Of a stretch of DNA of 64,000 nt, positions 26,101-38,260 are shown piece by piece (the stretch's first letter is position 1; every line of letters starts with the position of its first letter). The DNA lies in assembly GCA_034780895.1 (NCBI GenBank), contig JAUZTB010000064.1, positions 110,010,301 through 110,074,300 of the forward strand. The letters are read 5' to 3'. A program made the position numbers and the translations under genes. The DNA comes from Rhynchobatus australiae (taxonomy: Eukaryota). The notes under the pieces are model-generated. The model was not told the origin of the DNA. It did not search any database and was given only the letters and a program-made list of their open reading frames with translations.

Positions 26101-27119
26101 TCTTCAATAATATCAACCTAATTCCAGTCAGTGCTTCCTTACCTTAGATACAAACCTACCTGGACAAACAGCTCCACAAAACCAAATGTGACTTTATCAG
26201 TAAAGTCCTACCCAAAGAGCTATTAAACCTGTACCCTCAAGCTCATTGGCTTTCAAATCTATCAAAATTAGAAATCTCATGACTGTCCCTTATTCATAAA
26301 TACTTAAAAACTTTAAAAATATCATACTTTTCTAAACACTTAAAAATGGCAATCCTTAAAACAATGTAATGCACAAAGAAAATTAACCACATTTAAGTTA
26401 CCTCACTTAACTCAAACTAATGTAAATTGCACAAAATTGACCTCACTCCCTCAAACAAAATGAATCAAGTTACTCACCAGATACATTTACCAACATATCT
26501 GATGAGAAACATCAGGAAGTTAGCACCTGCAGCTGGACTCCGTGAGGTGCTCAAAGCTGGAACACAGCCAGAATGATAACAAAAAGTATGTTGCAAGAAC
26601 TTCAGATTTCCATGTTCACACGTATTCCATGTATAACTGTCATTTTTTTCTCAAAAACGTTTGAGTCATTTGGAATTATATCCAGGTATCCTATAAGCTT
26701 CTTGGGATTTCAAAACGTCTCTTTTTGCTCACCATAACATCATATTTTTTGTTCATTAAAAGCAGTCTTCTTGTATTAATGTTTAATCAGATACATTTAT
26801 AACTCAAGCCTCTGAGGTTTATTCTTTTTTCTAAAACAGTTTCAGATTCAAATTAATTTAACATCAAAAGACAGTTTTCAAGTACATTAGGCTGGATATC
26901 TACTAACAGCAAACACTACGACTTTGAGACAAGATCTGGATGAAGACATAAGCCAGAGACATTCCCTGTGCATACATTATCAAGTAATAAATCTACACTA
27001 ATGGCATATTTACTCTGTAGAACAGTTCCCTCTAAAAGCATCTGAAATAAAAGCAGTTTAATATTTTGCTTACATGCAGGTAGCTGACTTTGCTGGAAAA
27101 TGTTTATTCCTTTATGAAA

Positions 27120-29200
27120 TGCAGGTGTCACTTGCATTTATTACCATCTTCTCAAGTACAGTAGAATGTAAGCCATCTTCTTGAATTGCTCTTGTTCTGC
27201 TTTAAGTCCTCCCACAATGTTACTGGGTTGGAAGCAAACCCATTGACAATGAAGAAACTATGATATATTTCCATGTCGGGTGTGCAGTGGTGCAGGTGGT
27301 AGTGTTCAAATGTGCTTGCTGCCCTTATCTTTCATCATTATGGAGGTCATTAGTAGGTAGATATTGGAGCAGCCAAATCAATTAAATGATGTGCATTTTG
27401 CAGATAGTAACATTGCAGCCACCACATGCTCATGGTAAAGGGAGTGATTGTTTAAAAACTGATTAAAATATAACAGCTTGCCTTGATTTATATAATGTTG
27501 ACATCTTGAGTGAGTATTGCTAGAGCTGCACTCATCCTTTCCATCACACTCCTGGTTTGTACCTTACATATACAGGTGAATCACCTGCATGTTTCTGGGC
27601 AATTGTTCTACTGTGTCATTTGTTAATGGTGTGGAACTCAGCATGATAAAGCCACTGAATGTAAAGCTTAGATGGTTAGACTTTCACTTGCTGTAGTAGT
27701 ATTAGCTGGTACATGTGAAATGAATATTACTTGCAATTAAACACCCCTTGCCAGAAGACTAAGTTTGGCTGCATTCNNNNNNNNNNNNNNNNNNNNNNNN
27801 NNNNNNNNNNNNNNNNNNNNNNNNNNNNNNNNNNNNNNNNNNNNNNNNNNNNNNNNNNNNNNNNNNNNNNNNNNNNCTTGCCAGAAGACTAAGTTTGGCT
27901 GCATTCAAGCATGAACTGCTTCATTTTCTGAGGACTTTCGAATGGAATTGAAGATAAGGCAATCAATAGCAAAGTGCAGCTGAAGAGGTTAAGCCTTAGA
28001 TACTGCCCTGAACAACTCCTGCAGTGGTATCCAGAGAACAGGATGATGGACCTTCATCAACTGAAACCAGCTTTTTATGTTCAAGCTAACAGTCCAATCA
28101 ATAAGTATTTTTCCCTTGATGTCTGATTTCAGTTGTACTATGACTCCTTGATACCAAACTTAGTCAAATACCACCTTGAAGTCAAGGGCAACCACTCCCC
28201 TCAAAACTTTGGATTTCAGCTCTTTGGTCCATGTCTGAACCAAGGTTGTAAAACAATCCGAAACTGAGACATCCTGGTAAAACCCAATATGAGCATCGGT
28301 GATTGAGTCCTACTTGGTAGCATTGTCAACAACTCTTTTCATCACTGTTGACTGAAATTAGCCATGTTTGATTTGCCTTGCTTTTTGTACACGCCTAAGC
28401 AATCTTCCACATTAATGGGCAGTTACTATTGTAGGTTGGCTAGATGTATGATTAATTTGGGAACAGTTAAAATGTTGCCTCAGTCCCAATGCCTGTGCTG
28501 TATCCCGTACTCTCAGTCATTTTTTTCTATCATGTGGAGTGAATCAGATTGGATGAAGACCATTTTTTGTAATTGTAGGGACCTCAGTAGGAGTCAATAT
28601 GGATCACAAAATCCTGACATATCTGATTGAAGGTAGTTACAAAATCTTCAGCCTCATTTTTGGTATTCATTCAATGGGCCTTCCATGCTTGAAGAGGCAG
28701 TTGATCTGAAACTCCCTCCTTCCTTTAACTGTTGAACTTTACACTATTACTCATGACTACATGTGACAGGTTTACAGAACTTTGCTCTGACCTGCTGTTT
28801 CTCGGATTGCTTGTTTTTCTATTGCATGCTGTTTAGTATGGATGTGGTCATGTCTGGCATCTCATTCTAAAGTATGTCTGGGTGCTGCACACAATACATT
28901 CTTCTACATGCCACATTAAAGCAGGGTTCATCCCCTGACTGGATGTCAATGGTAGAATGTGAGAATTCTGATCGATGAGGTTATGGACTGTGGTGGCTCA
29001 TGACCCATAGTACCTCATTGCTACCCAGTTTCGAGCTTTCTCAACTGGTGCAATGGAAGTTCCGAACAACACAATGAAGGGTGCCCTTCTTGTGAAGATG
29101 AGACTGTCTCCACAAGAACTATGCCATACTCACTCCCACCAAAGTTGTCATGGACAGATGTAACATTGTAAAACAGGTTTGTCTTTAGACTAGTTCTCTT
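27120..29200 (-). mobile_element. Highly decayed copy of LINE family B
   Basis: Collinear similarity to 57290-59260 (gctgcactcatcc, gcagctgaaga...gatactgccctga..aactcctgcag, ccttgaagtcaagggca, cagggttcatcccctg, gtcatggacagatg). Confidence 0.7.
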
Positions 29201-29472
29201 GCTACCAGGTAGCAGTAGGTGATTACATATTTGACCTTTCCTCACAGGATGGCTGAACCTTGTGTGTTGTACATAAGCCTGAGGCAATATTTTATCGTGT
29301 TGAATTGAATAGCTGAGCAGTATTTTTCAATAAACCAAACATATTTATAATCTACCTATCTGAAGTTTCTGAATAATGGTTTCTATTATACCTACTAAAG
29401 CCCATGATCATGCAAGTGCACTGAGGGATCCCTTTTTGAGCTAAACTTTAAATATAAAACCAGTGGATTTAC

Positions 29473-29639
29473 CTTAATGAAGAGCTTCCCCAAGCACCGT
29501 GTTTATCTGTCAAAATGTTGATAATCTTCTGTATTAACTGGGTTGATGTCACATGATCACGATACTTTGCTGCTCTTATCAGGTGATCACACATCTTTTC
29601 TTCTTCACGTCTTTCCGCTGAATACTGGGCACACAGAGA
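29473..29639 (-). CDS. LRBA: LRBA internal coding exon (167 nt, phase 0 to 2), SLCAQYSAERREEEKMCDHLIRAAKYRDHVTSTQLIQKIINILTDKHGAWGSSSL
   Basis: Minus strand ccttttcttgacag|TCTCTGTGT...TCATTAAG|gtaaat. Open frame continuous with the previous exon; LRBA-type HLIRAAKYRDHV and QLIQKIINILTDKHGAWG. Confidence 0.96.
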
Positions 29640-30451
29640 CTGTCAAGAAAAGGATTAATGTATTTTTATTTACAATGTTATCATTTTTACAATCAGACAC
29701 ACCAAGTCAAAAGGGCTGTGGAGAATTGGATCATATTTTTAATGTCTTCTTGAAAGACTGTATCATCTTTCACACATTTATTGCAGCACTTCTGGTATTA
29801 TCAGTTGATGAAAATCAGAAGTCTTATCACTATATTTCACTGACAGAGAGCAAACCTCCAGCATGTGGGACATGTGCCATGCTGATTCACATAAGACAAC
29901 CTCCCGATCACTATCAGCTGTTTATATGGAGGAGAAACAATCTTTAGTTAATTGTAGAAATGAATATTTAATAACTTTCAGCTCTTGAAAAATAATGGTT
30001 AAAAATTGAAGTCTGGGACATCAATTTATGCAAGCCTGGAGTACAGCAATATTGTACCTATTTCTGGTTATGTCAGCATGCCTTGGAAAATTCAATTCCT
30101 GAGTTTTGGTGATGGTTTCATTTGTCCTGGCTTATTTTTTTCAGGGTGCAAATCTCCACCAAGTGACATTAATAGTAGTGTAATATCCACAATTATTTAT
30201 TAGCATAATTTTTAACCTCATTGGTCTGAAAAATGATGGTTCTTACTTATTCACAGAAGAACCAGTATTTACTAAAATAGTTTCCAATGAAATTATGCAA
30301 CCTTGGAAGCCAACCCTAAAACTGCATTCTTTGCTCTTACTGAGATCAGTGATTTCAAACGCATTCTTGTGTGTGCTTGGACTGCTTTGCCTGTGGTGGT
30401 CAAAGTTATGGCTACTCTCAGCTCTCTAGCCTCAAGGTCACTCCTATGAGT

Positions 30452-30770
30452 AAAAACAGAAAAACACTCAGCAGTCAGGCAGCATCTGTAGAAAGAGAAA
30501 CAGTTAATGTTTTAGGTCCAGGACCCTTCATTAGAACCAATATTCAGGTTNNNNNNNNNNNNNNNNNNNNNNNNNNNNNNNNNNNNNNNNNNNNNNNNNN
30601 NNNNNNNNNNNNNNNNNNNNNNNNNNNNNNNNNNNNNNNNNNNNNNNNNNATTAGAACCAATATTCAGGTTCTTATGAAGGGACCCAAACCTGAACTGTC
30701 AACTGTATTTCGTTCCACAAATGCTGTCTGATATGCTGAGTGTTTCAAGCACTTTCTGCTTTTATTTGTG
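30452..30770. mobile_element. Head-to-head inverted pair of Penelope-like terminal repeats, each with a degenerate hammerhead motif
   Basis: Left arm 30452-30538 (minus) and right arm 30668-30770 (plus) are reverse-complement related; the intervening 100-N gap has a duplicated 21-bp flank. Confidence 0.7.
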
Positions 30771-32227
30771 CAGATTTTTTTTTTATTCTCATAACTTGTT
30801 GTTCACTGCTGCATTAGGGAAGTTACCCAACCTGCACACTCATGGAGAGAAGACCAATTACAGCAGAACAGAGCAGCCTGAGGAATTGTGAGAGTTGCTG
30901 GCTTCCCAAAATGTTGGCATTCAGAGACTGCATTCAGGTGGCATTACTCTTTACACAGAGCACCCTAGCAACCTCCTGCCCTGAATAGTCTCCATGACCC
31001 CCTTACAAAAAGAACAAGCTTGATCATCTGTCTGGTTGACCATGACTCACCAAGAATTTGTGGCTACAATATACAGCGTTCACATTCAATAAATGGGCTT
31101 TCAGCAAACTTTGCATCACTCAATCATCAGTGTTTTATGGAGGCCACATGCCAGCCTCTGCACATAATCAAGAAGGGCCATGTCCAGTCTTCCCAGGTGA
31201 TTGTCATGGAAATCCTTGAAGGCACTTCTCAGATCTATCCATTATTGGGACTGGGAAGAGCTTCCATCCCCTATTCAAAATAATGACATAGCTGAAAAAC
31301 ATCACCATGACTTTCCATGTCAATCATCTGGGAGAAGGGATATATTAAAAAAAATCACAGAGTTAGATTTAACCTCTTATAAAAAGCTTCACTAACACTC
31401 CAAGTGATATCTACCACCCACCTCTCCTACAGACTCCTCTCATGAAACCCCCCCCCCCACAATCCCCAAAAGACATATCTAACAGATCTATATTCTAGAT
31501 CACACCATCCCATTCCCCAAGTCAGAATGAACCAGAATTCCTGTTTTTCCAAGGGTCCCAGTCAGCTTTCTTGGCAATCAGTGATTCAAATGCACCAAAA
31601 AATGGGAGTGCAGCCTATCACTAAAAAGGCAGGGTGAGGTGAGGTGGGGGGGTTGTTGGTGGTGGTCATCATCATCAAAATATAGCCTGGGAGATTATGC
31701 TACCAGAGGATGGCAAGAGACTCAATTCACAGAGGAACTGGTGGACTGAAATTTGATCTACTGACTCTACCCATAAGATTTGATCTACAGACTTAACCCA
31801 TTCAACCACTTCCAAACTCAAACGAGGTAACAGCAGTTACTCCCATAACTATCAGTCAACATATGCCCAAAATATCTCCTGTAAGCACCATTCTTTAAAT
31901 TAAATTTAAATTTTATTTACAGCGTGGTAAGAGGCCCTACCAGCCATTTCTTCAACAGCTTGTCTTGGCCCCTCTGGCCCCCTGGGGTAAATTCACCCAC
32001 CATCCTCCCCGGAGCCCCCTTCCATCACCACAGCAGTCATTAAGCAGCATGAATCCCCCACCCCACCCCTACAGCAGCTTATAAGGTGGTACATCCTTTT
32101 AAAGAGCTGGCTGCCAAGACTGCAGCTGCTAATCCAAATGCCAGTAGCTATGAGAACTTGTAATTGATTGAAAGATGGTGCCCCGCTGAAGCTGATACAC
32201 AGTACAGCACTATACATGCATTTACAG

Positions 32228-32578
32228 GTGGGACAGTTGACAGAGCCACTGCCTTGCACTGCCAGAGAACTGGGTTCAATCCTGACCTTGGGTGCTGTGT
32301 GGAGTTTGCACATTCTCCCTGTGACTGGGTGTGTTTCCTTCGGGTGCTCCAGTTTCCCCCCACATCCCAAAGACATGCAGGTGGTAAGTGAATTGGCCAG
32401 TATAAATTTTCCACAGTGCATTGGTGAGTGGTGGAATCTAGGGGCAGTTGGTGAGAATGCGGGAAGAATAAAAACTGGGATTAACATAGGATTGGAGTAA
32501 ATGGGTGGTTGATGGGCAGTGCAGACTTGGAGATCCAAAGGGCCTGAATCCATGCGGTTCCTCTCTATGATTCTATGA
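32228..32578 (+). mobile_element. Near full-length V-SINE (HE1-like) with CR1-derived tail
   Basis: B box GGTTCAATCC at 32273-32282; V domain ggagtttgcacattctccctgtgactgggtgtgtttccttcgggtgctccagtttccccccacatcccaaagacatgcagg; tail ccaaagggcctgaatccatgc...ctctatgattctatg resembles local CR1 3' ends. Confidence 0.85.
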
Positions 32579-35004
32579 AAACTCATCAGTGCTTTTCTGT
32601 GAAATCCTTAACTGAAGATTTTGGTTTTATAGAACTTTAGTAAAGCAGCAATAGGGTGACCCACAATATTATATTAACACCATTAATAGGTGGCAAAACA
32701 ATTTCTAGATTACAGTGTTTTAAAAGAAATGACATNNNNNNNNNNNNNNNNNNNNNNNNNNNNNNNNNNNNNNNNNNNNNNNNNNNNNNNNNNNNNNNNN
32801 NNNNNNNNNNNNNNNNNNAACAAGAATATTTGCACTTATTACATATCCAGAATTATATCATAAATATTAAAGGTTCACTATCCTCGTCAGTGACATTTTT
32901 TTGAGAGGGCGGAAGAGAGGCTGAACATCAGTGGAGTTCACACAATCAGACAAACAATGCACAGTGAAATACACACAAGTCACTCAATATTTGTAAGTTC
33001 TTTCTGAAAAGTACTTTTTAAACCTGAATGTTTGGAATAAAGCTGTTAATAGGAATTACCTAAAAATTAACCAAGGGATATGCAATTTTGTGGCAATAAT
33101 CAATAAAAACAATTCTACATTTCAAAGAAATGCTATATGGCTTTCACATTTTCAATCATTGGTTTAATTTTTACTTTTGTTTTTCACACCATATATCAAC
33201 ATATACATTTTTGCATATGTATTTTAATAGTTCTAAAATGTTCATATTTCTATTTCATGCAATGTATTACATGAAATTCTGTAAATCATCCTTGCTGATA
33301 TGTACCTGAAAGGAAGATGATCACCACATCACAACGTAATTTTTCTGGCGGTAACGGCAGCGTAAGTACCAGGTTTGCCACATTACTCTGAAACTGACAG
33401 CTACATTGGAATTTCAGTATAATCTCCAAAGTTGCATTCAACACATCGATGTTTGCCTCTCTATCTAAATCATAGGAAATCACGGGAATTGATGCAACTT
33501 TTAATTAGTTACATAATTAGTTAATAACCTGAATATCATATACTTGATTCCAAAGTAGGTTTTTAATGGCATATTAAACCATAATTATGGCTATTTGGCA
33601 CTGAAAAACCAGTTTTACATATGCATTTTACAAATTCCTCAGAAATATTTCAAGCCATTAGACATTTTGAAACAAAATATTTCTTAAAATACTTATGATA
33701 TTCTACTTTAAATACATGTGTATGTTCTAAACTTGATTTTGCACTTTGCATAATGTTTAAAATGCTAATTGACACATTGTGTATTTTGCTTCTGGGTAAG
33801 CTGCCAATGAAAATTATTTGATGTTACTGGTGGCTCAGCGAGCTTGATAGCATTACAGCAGCTGGTAGCTAGGGATTCCTTTGAACTGCTGCCTGATGGT
33901 AGCAACTGTTGGAAAAGAGGAAGTTCTCACTAGAGAAATCACAAGATCTTTGGAGTGAGCTTCTTCCAAGGTCAATGGCAAGCACTGCCTCTTTGCCACT
34001 AATCACAAATTCTGTTTCCATACATTGTTCACAGATATTGTGGTATTCAGCATCAATTTTATAACTCTATTACATCAGAAAACTAAATTCAATTACATAT
34101 TTTTCTTTTTTCAGATACATACTGATTTCAAGATCTGCTCAATGTATTTCCAGTATATATGCTGGCGGAAGTATATCAGGGAAATATTGGGAGAGGAGTT
34201 AAAAGAAATGGTGAAAAAAGGTGGATGCAATAAAGTGTTTAGCAAATGTCTTAGAGTGCCCTATAATTTACAGTTGGAACCTCCTCCACAATTTAACCAT
34301 TAACTTTTCAAGTCTGACATATAATCTATAGCTATAAATCATGTTAACAGGTTACGCTTTCCCTTTTATCAATCTCTGTCTCCTTAAAGAGAAGTTTGGC
34401 TTTAAACATGTGATCAAAAGGAAATCAAACAACACTTAGTAATGACAGATGGACTTGCATGTGTAAATGGTAAATCCAATGAGGAATTGGGTAATTGTGT
34501 CAGCATAGAATTACAAATATGAAGCTATTGTATGTTAGTCAACTTACTTTATATCCTATTGACAGCCTCTACTGAGCCTTGAGCTCATGAAAGTCTGGAT
34601 AAACAGGTTTTAAGTCTACCAGTGTCATCCTTTAACTTAGTTGTAAACTTGTAAATGCTTTCATCTTTGGTTAATATTACCTTAAATCAGAAACTCCAAT
34701 GACCTTGATATCACAGAGAAAGTAAATAAAATGACCAATAGAAGAACTAAGCAATGAACTGCACCAATGCAATGCTCTGAAGAATGTGTCTAAACAAGCC
34801 ATGGTCACATTCAGCTTAATTAATTAGAATATTGAAGTGGCATTAAATGAAATTAAGATTACCTTATGTATGATGTAGTTTAGTAATTTTATTCTTTTAA
34901 AAAAATATATATACTGTCACCTTCTCTGCATGCTTAACAATGTTGCATTTCTAAGGGGTCTTGAAGATAGCAAAATATGTAAACTGAGTTTGACGGAAGT
35001 GTTA

Positions 35005-35585
35005 ACAAAATTTGGTACAGAGCCACACATGTTAAAGCAGATGACCAAAAGGCTAGTCTAAGAGATAGTTCTTAAGGAATACTTAAGTATGAAAGAAAGG
35101 TTGAAAGACAAGAGTTTTAAGAAGGCAATTCCAAAGCTTGGGGTCTTGGCAATTGAAGGTATAGTAGCCAATAATGCAATTAAATGCAGGGAGTATCAAG
35201 TGAGGGGGGAGGGTTGGGGAAGAAGGATTTGTGGAATGCAGCTACAGCAGAAGTGTTATAGATCTGGAAAGCAGAGACAGGAAGGGACAATATCATGCAG
35301 AGATTTGAAAAATGGAGAATTTTAAAATCAAGGCTTTTCTTGTTCAGGAGTTAATGTAGGTCAATAAGCCTAAGGAGTCATGGGTGAATGGAGCATGATG
35401 TCAGTTAGGGCACGGATAACAGAGTTTTGGAAGACCACACAGTTATGGAGATAAGTACCAGGAAGGCCAGTCAGGATTCCACTGCAAATGTCAAAGTTAA
35501 AAGTTAATAAAGAAATGGATAGGGTTTTCGCCATGTTTGAGGCAGGAGCAGAGTCAGGTGACATTGTGCAGGTGAGTTCAGTGAT
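35005..35585 (-). mobile_element. L2-clade LINE 3' fragment
   Basis: ORF 35370-35711 contains ISLLTFNFDICSGILTGLP...VVFQNSVIRALT, a decayed IHAFVTSRLDYSNALLAGLP...QNSAAR motif of L2 ORF2. Confidence 0.65.
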
Positions 35586-36674
35586 CAATTGGATGGCTTG
35601 ACTGTGCAATCTCAAGCTTATCTTGGTCTTGCATTTCCAATTTCTAGCATTCATTGTTTTCTGCTTCTGGCAAGATGGAGGGGACAGCTTGAGCCATTTA
35701 AAAAAAATCACCCTGGATTATACACTAATGCAATGTCATCCATTATTAACCTGATAAGGTGTATTTCCACAGAATGCCACCATTGCTTCATACAGAAACA
35801 TTTTGCAATTTAAGATCTTAAATATTTTTCCAGCAGAGATATCAAAATTTAATGCAAATTTTAAACACTTATCGGAAGTTCATTGTTCTCCAAGAACAAT
35901 CGATAAGTAGCCATTTTAAACAGGGGCTGTACTTGTTCATCCTGATAATTCTAGCGCCTTTGCATTGTTAGAATTTAGTTTCTGTTGGGCTGCAAAATCC
36001 TTTATAAGATGCTAAGAAAAGTAATCAACTTGTTTTGTCACTGCCACGAACACACCACCCTGGTACCAATGGCAGCCATGGCCATCAATGCATACTATAT
36101 TTGACTTTACAGTTTCTCCATCCTATTCGATTACAAACTGAGCTTTCAAAGCTTCTTCCTCTCCTTACAAAGACAGCCTGCTTCAATTTCAGTGCATATG
36201 TCCAACTCTATTCTTTTAATGCAAAATTTTCATTCTGTTTAGATCCAAAAATGGGGTTGCCATTCCAATTCTTTGTAACTTTCTCTGGCCATATACCTTC
36301 ATTCAGAGCAGCATTACATTCAATCAGGCCACTTTGCTTTTAACATCTCATGCCCGAGCTCTGGAGCTTCTTGCTAAGATACCCACTGTCCCTTTATTAG
36401 CCTTGTCACATAAACATTTCAATGACCAAGGTTCTGGCACCCCAGCTAGTATTTCTTTCTTTCACTTTGTATCCATTTTGTGCATGATTACTTTTTTTTG
36501 AAAAGTGTTTTAAGGAAACTGTTTGAATAGAATACAGGTATCCATCAACTTACAAATGAATTAAGCTCCAGCAAAAGGTTATGTTATAGAAACTCATAAA
36601 TTGAAAAAGCAGTTCCCATCAGTTTGAATGCAAAGACTCTGCATTAATACATTAATACGAGTTTCAAGAAGTGA

Positions 36675-36856
36675 AAGGAGACTTCATTGAAACATACAGG
36701 ATCCTGAGGGTGCATATGGAGAGGCTGTTTCTTCTTGTAGAGAATCTATAAAAAAGGGTATCTGTTTAAAAATAAGGGATTGCCCATTCAAGATAAAAGT
36801 GAAATGAATTATTTCTCTCAGTGTCGTAAATCTCTGAAACTTTTCTTCAAAGGGCA
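36675..36856 (+). mobile_element. CR1 3' fragment running into a gap
   Basis: ggagacttcattgaaacatacaggatcctgaggg...gtttaaaaataagggattgcccattcaag...gtcgtaaatctctgaaac. Confidence 0.65.
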
Positions 36857-38018
36857 NNNNNNNNNNNNNNNNNNNNNNNNNNNNNNNNNNNNNNNNNNNN
36901 NNNNNNNNNNNNNNNNNNNNNNNNNNNNNNNNNNNNNNNNNNNNNNNNNNNNNNNNNNNNNNNNNNNNNNNNNNNNNNNNNNNNNNNNNNNNNNNNNNNN
37001 NNNNNNNNNNNNNNNNNNNNNNNNNNNNNNNNNNNNNNNNCATGTTTACACTAAAGTGATAGAGAAACAGCGAATAACACTTGTTTGGCTTTAGGAGGCT
37101 GCTGCAAATCTGAGTGAATAGAGGTCTATTTCCAATAGTCAATTCTATCAACAGTCAATTATGTCAATAGACTGTGATTTCTTTTAAAAAAATAATTTAC
37201 ATCAGTGGTCTGTTTAAACAGCCACGCAGCTGCGTCAACAAAGATCACTACCCACTCGACTGAGATTTCAATTGCCTCAGATGCCAATTGCCAGTTGTTG
37301 CTGATATTATACAAAAAAAAGCTTCTTCAATCAAGGGCACATACCTGAAGTCAACTGCATTATAGCAAAAATTTATAAACAGAATGTTTGGAAATCAAAG
37401 GATACATGCAGTTATTCTGATGAGAGTAAAGATTCCAGTGTACCATATGAAAAGAGTTCTCATAATTAAACTGACAAAGCATAAGTACATTAAGTAATCT
37501 GAAAATCTTGTGTGCACATTAGCTATCCCCTTTTGCCAACATAAGAATCCCTGAATGTAAAATTGTTTTCATGCATGCAAAGTGCTAAGATTTTTCTGAT
37601 ACATACCACCATGATACAGAAACACAAAGCTCTCTCTTCACCGAGTATAATTTGTAAAAACTGTAACAAAAACTTCCTGAATAATTAGACCATAGTAAGA
37701 GTGTATCCATGAACCAATATATAGTGCAAGAAACGTACAGAATTAAGTGCCACATCTTAACTTCCTGGGATAATCATGCACATTGCCATTTCACTCATAC
37801 AAAGGTAAATAGTTAAATAATGTAGCTACACCTTCCCATTAGATCCAATAAAATCATTNNNNNNNNNNNNNNNNNNNNNNNNNNNNNNNNNNNNNNNNNN
37901 NNNNNNNNNNNNNNNNNNNNNNNNNNNNNNNNNNNNNNNNNNNNNNNNNNNNNNNNNNNNNNNNNNNNNNNNNNNNNNNNNNNNNNNNNNNNNNNNNNNN
38001 NNNNNNNNNNNNNNNNNN

Positions 38019-38260
38019 ATGGCAGATGGAATTTAACTTGGACAAGTGCAGTTTTATGCATTTTGGAGGGTTAAACCAGGGTAGGACATGCACAGGAGTG
38101 CTGCAGAATTGAGAGACTTAATACAAGTACCTAGTTCTCTGGTGGTGGCAACACAGGTAGACAAGATGGTGAAGGAGTAATGCACGCTTGCCTTCATCGA
38201 ATGGGCATTGAGCACAAGAGGGGGTATCATGTTATAAGTGTACAAGACGTATATCAAAGA
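38019..38260 (+). mobile_element. CR1 RT C-terminal fragment
   Basis: WQMEFNLDKCSFMHFGGLN...VATQVDKMVK-like sequence. Confidence 0.7.

Noticed and set aside
26499-26515. CTGATGA directly followed by GAAAC (hammerhead-like boxes)
   Set aside because: No stem II between the boxes and no PLE repeat context; the sequence is just a short inverted repeat CTGATG/CATCAG.
29543-29947. 134-aa plus-strand ORF
   Set aside because: Antisense shadow of the LRBA exon running into intron; no recognisable protein.
31993-32586. 197-aa and overlapping ORFs
   Set aside because: They overlie a V-SINE; these are typical spurious translations of the repeat.
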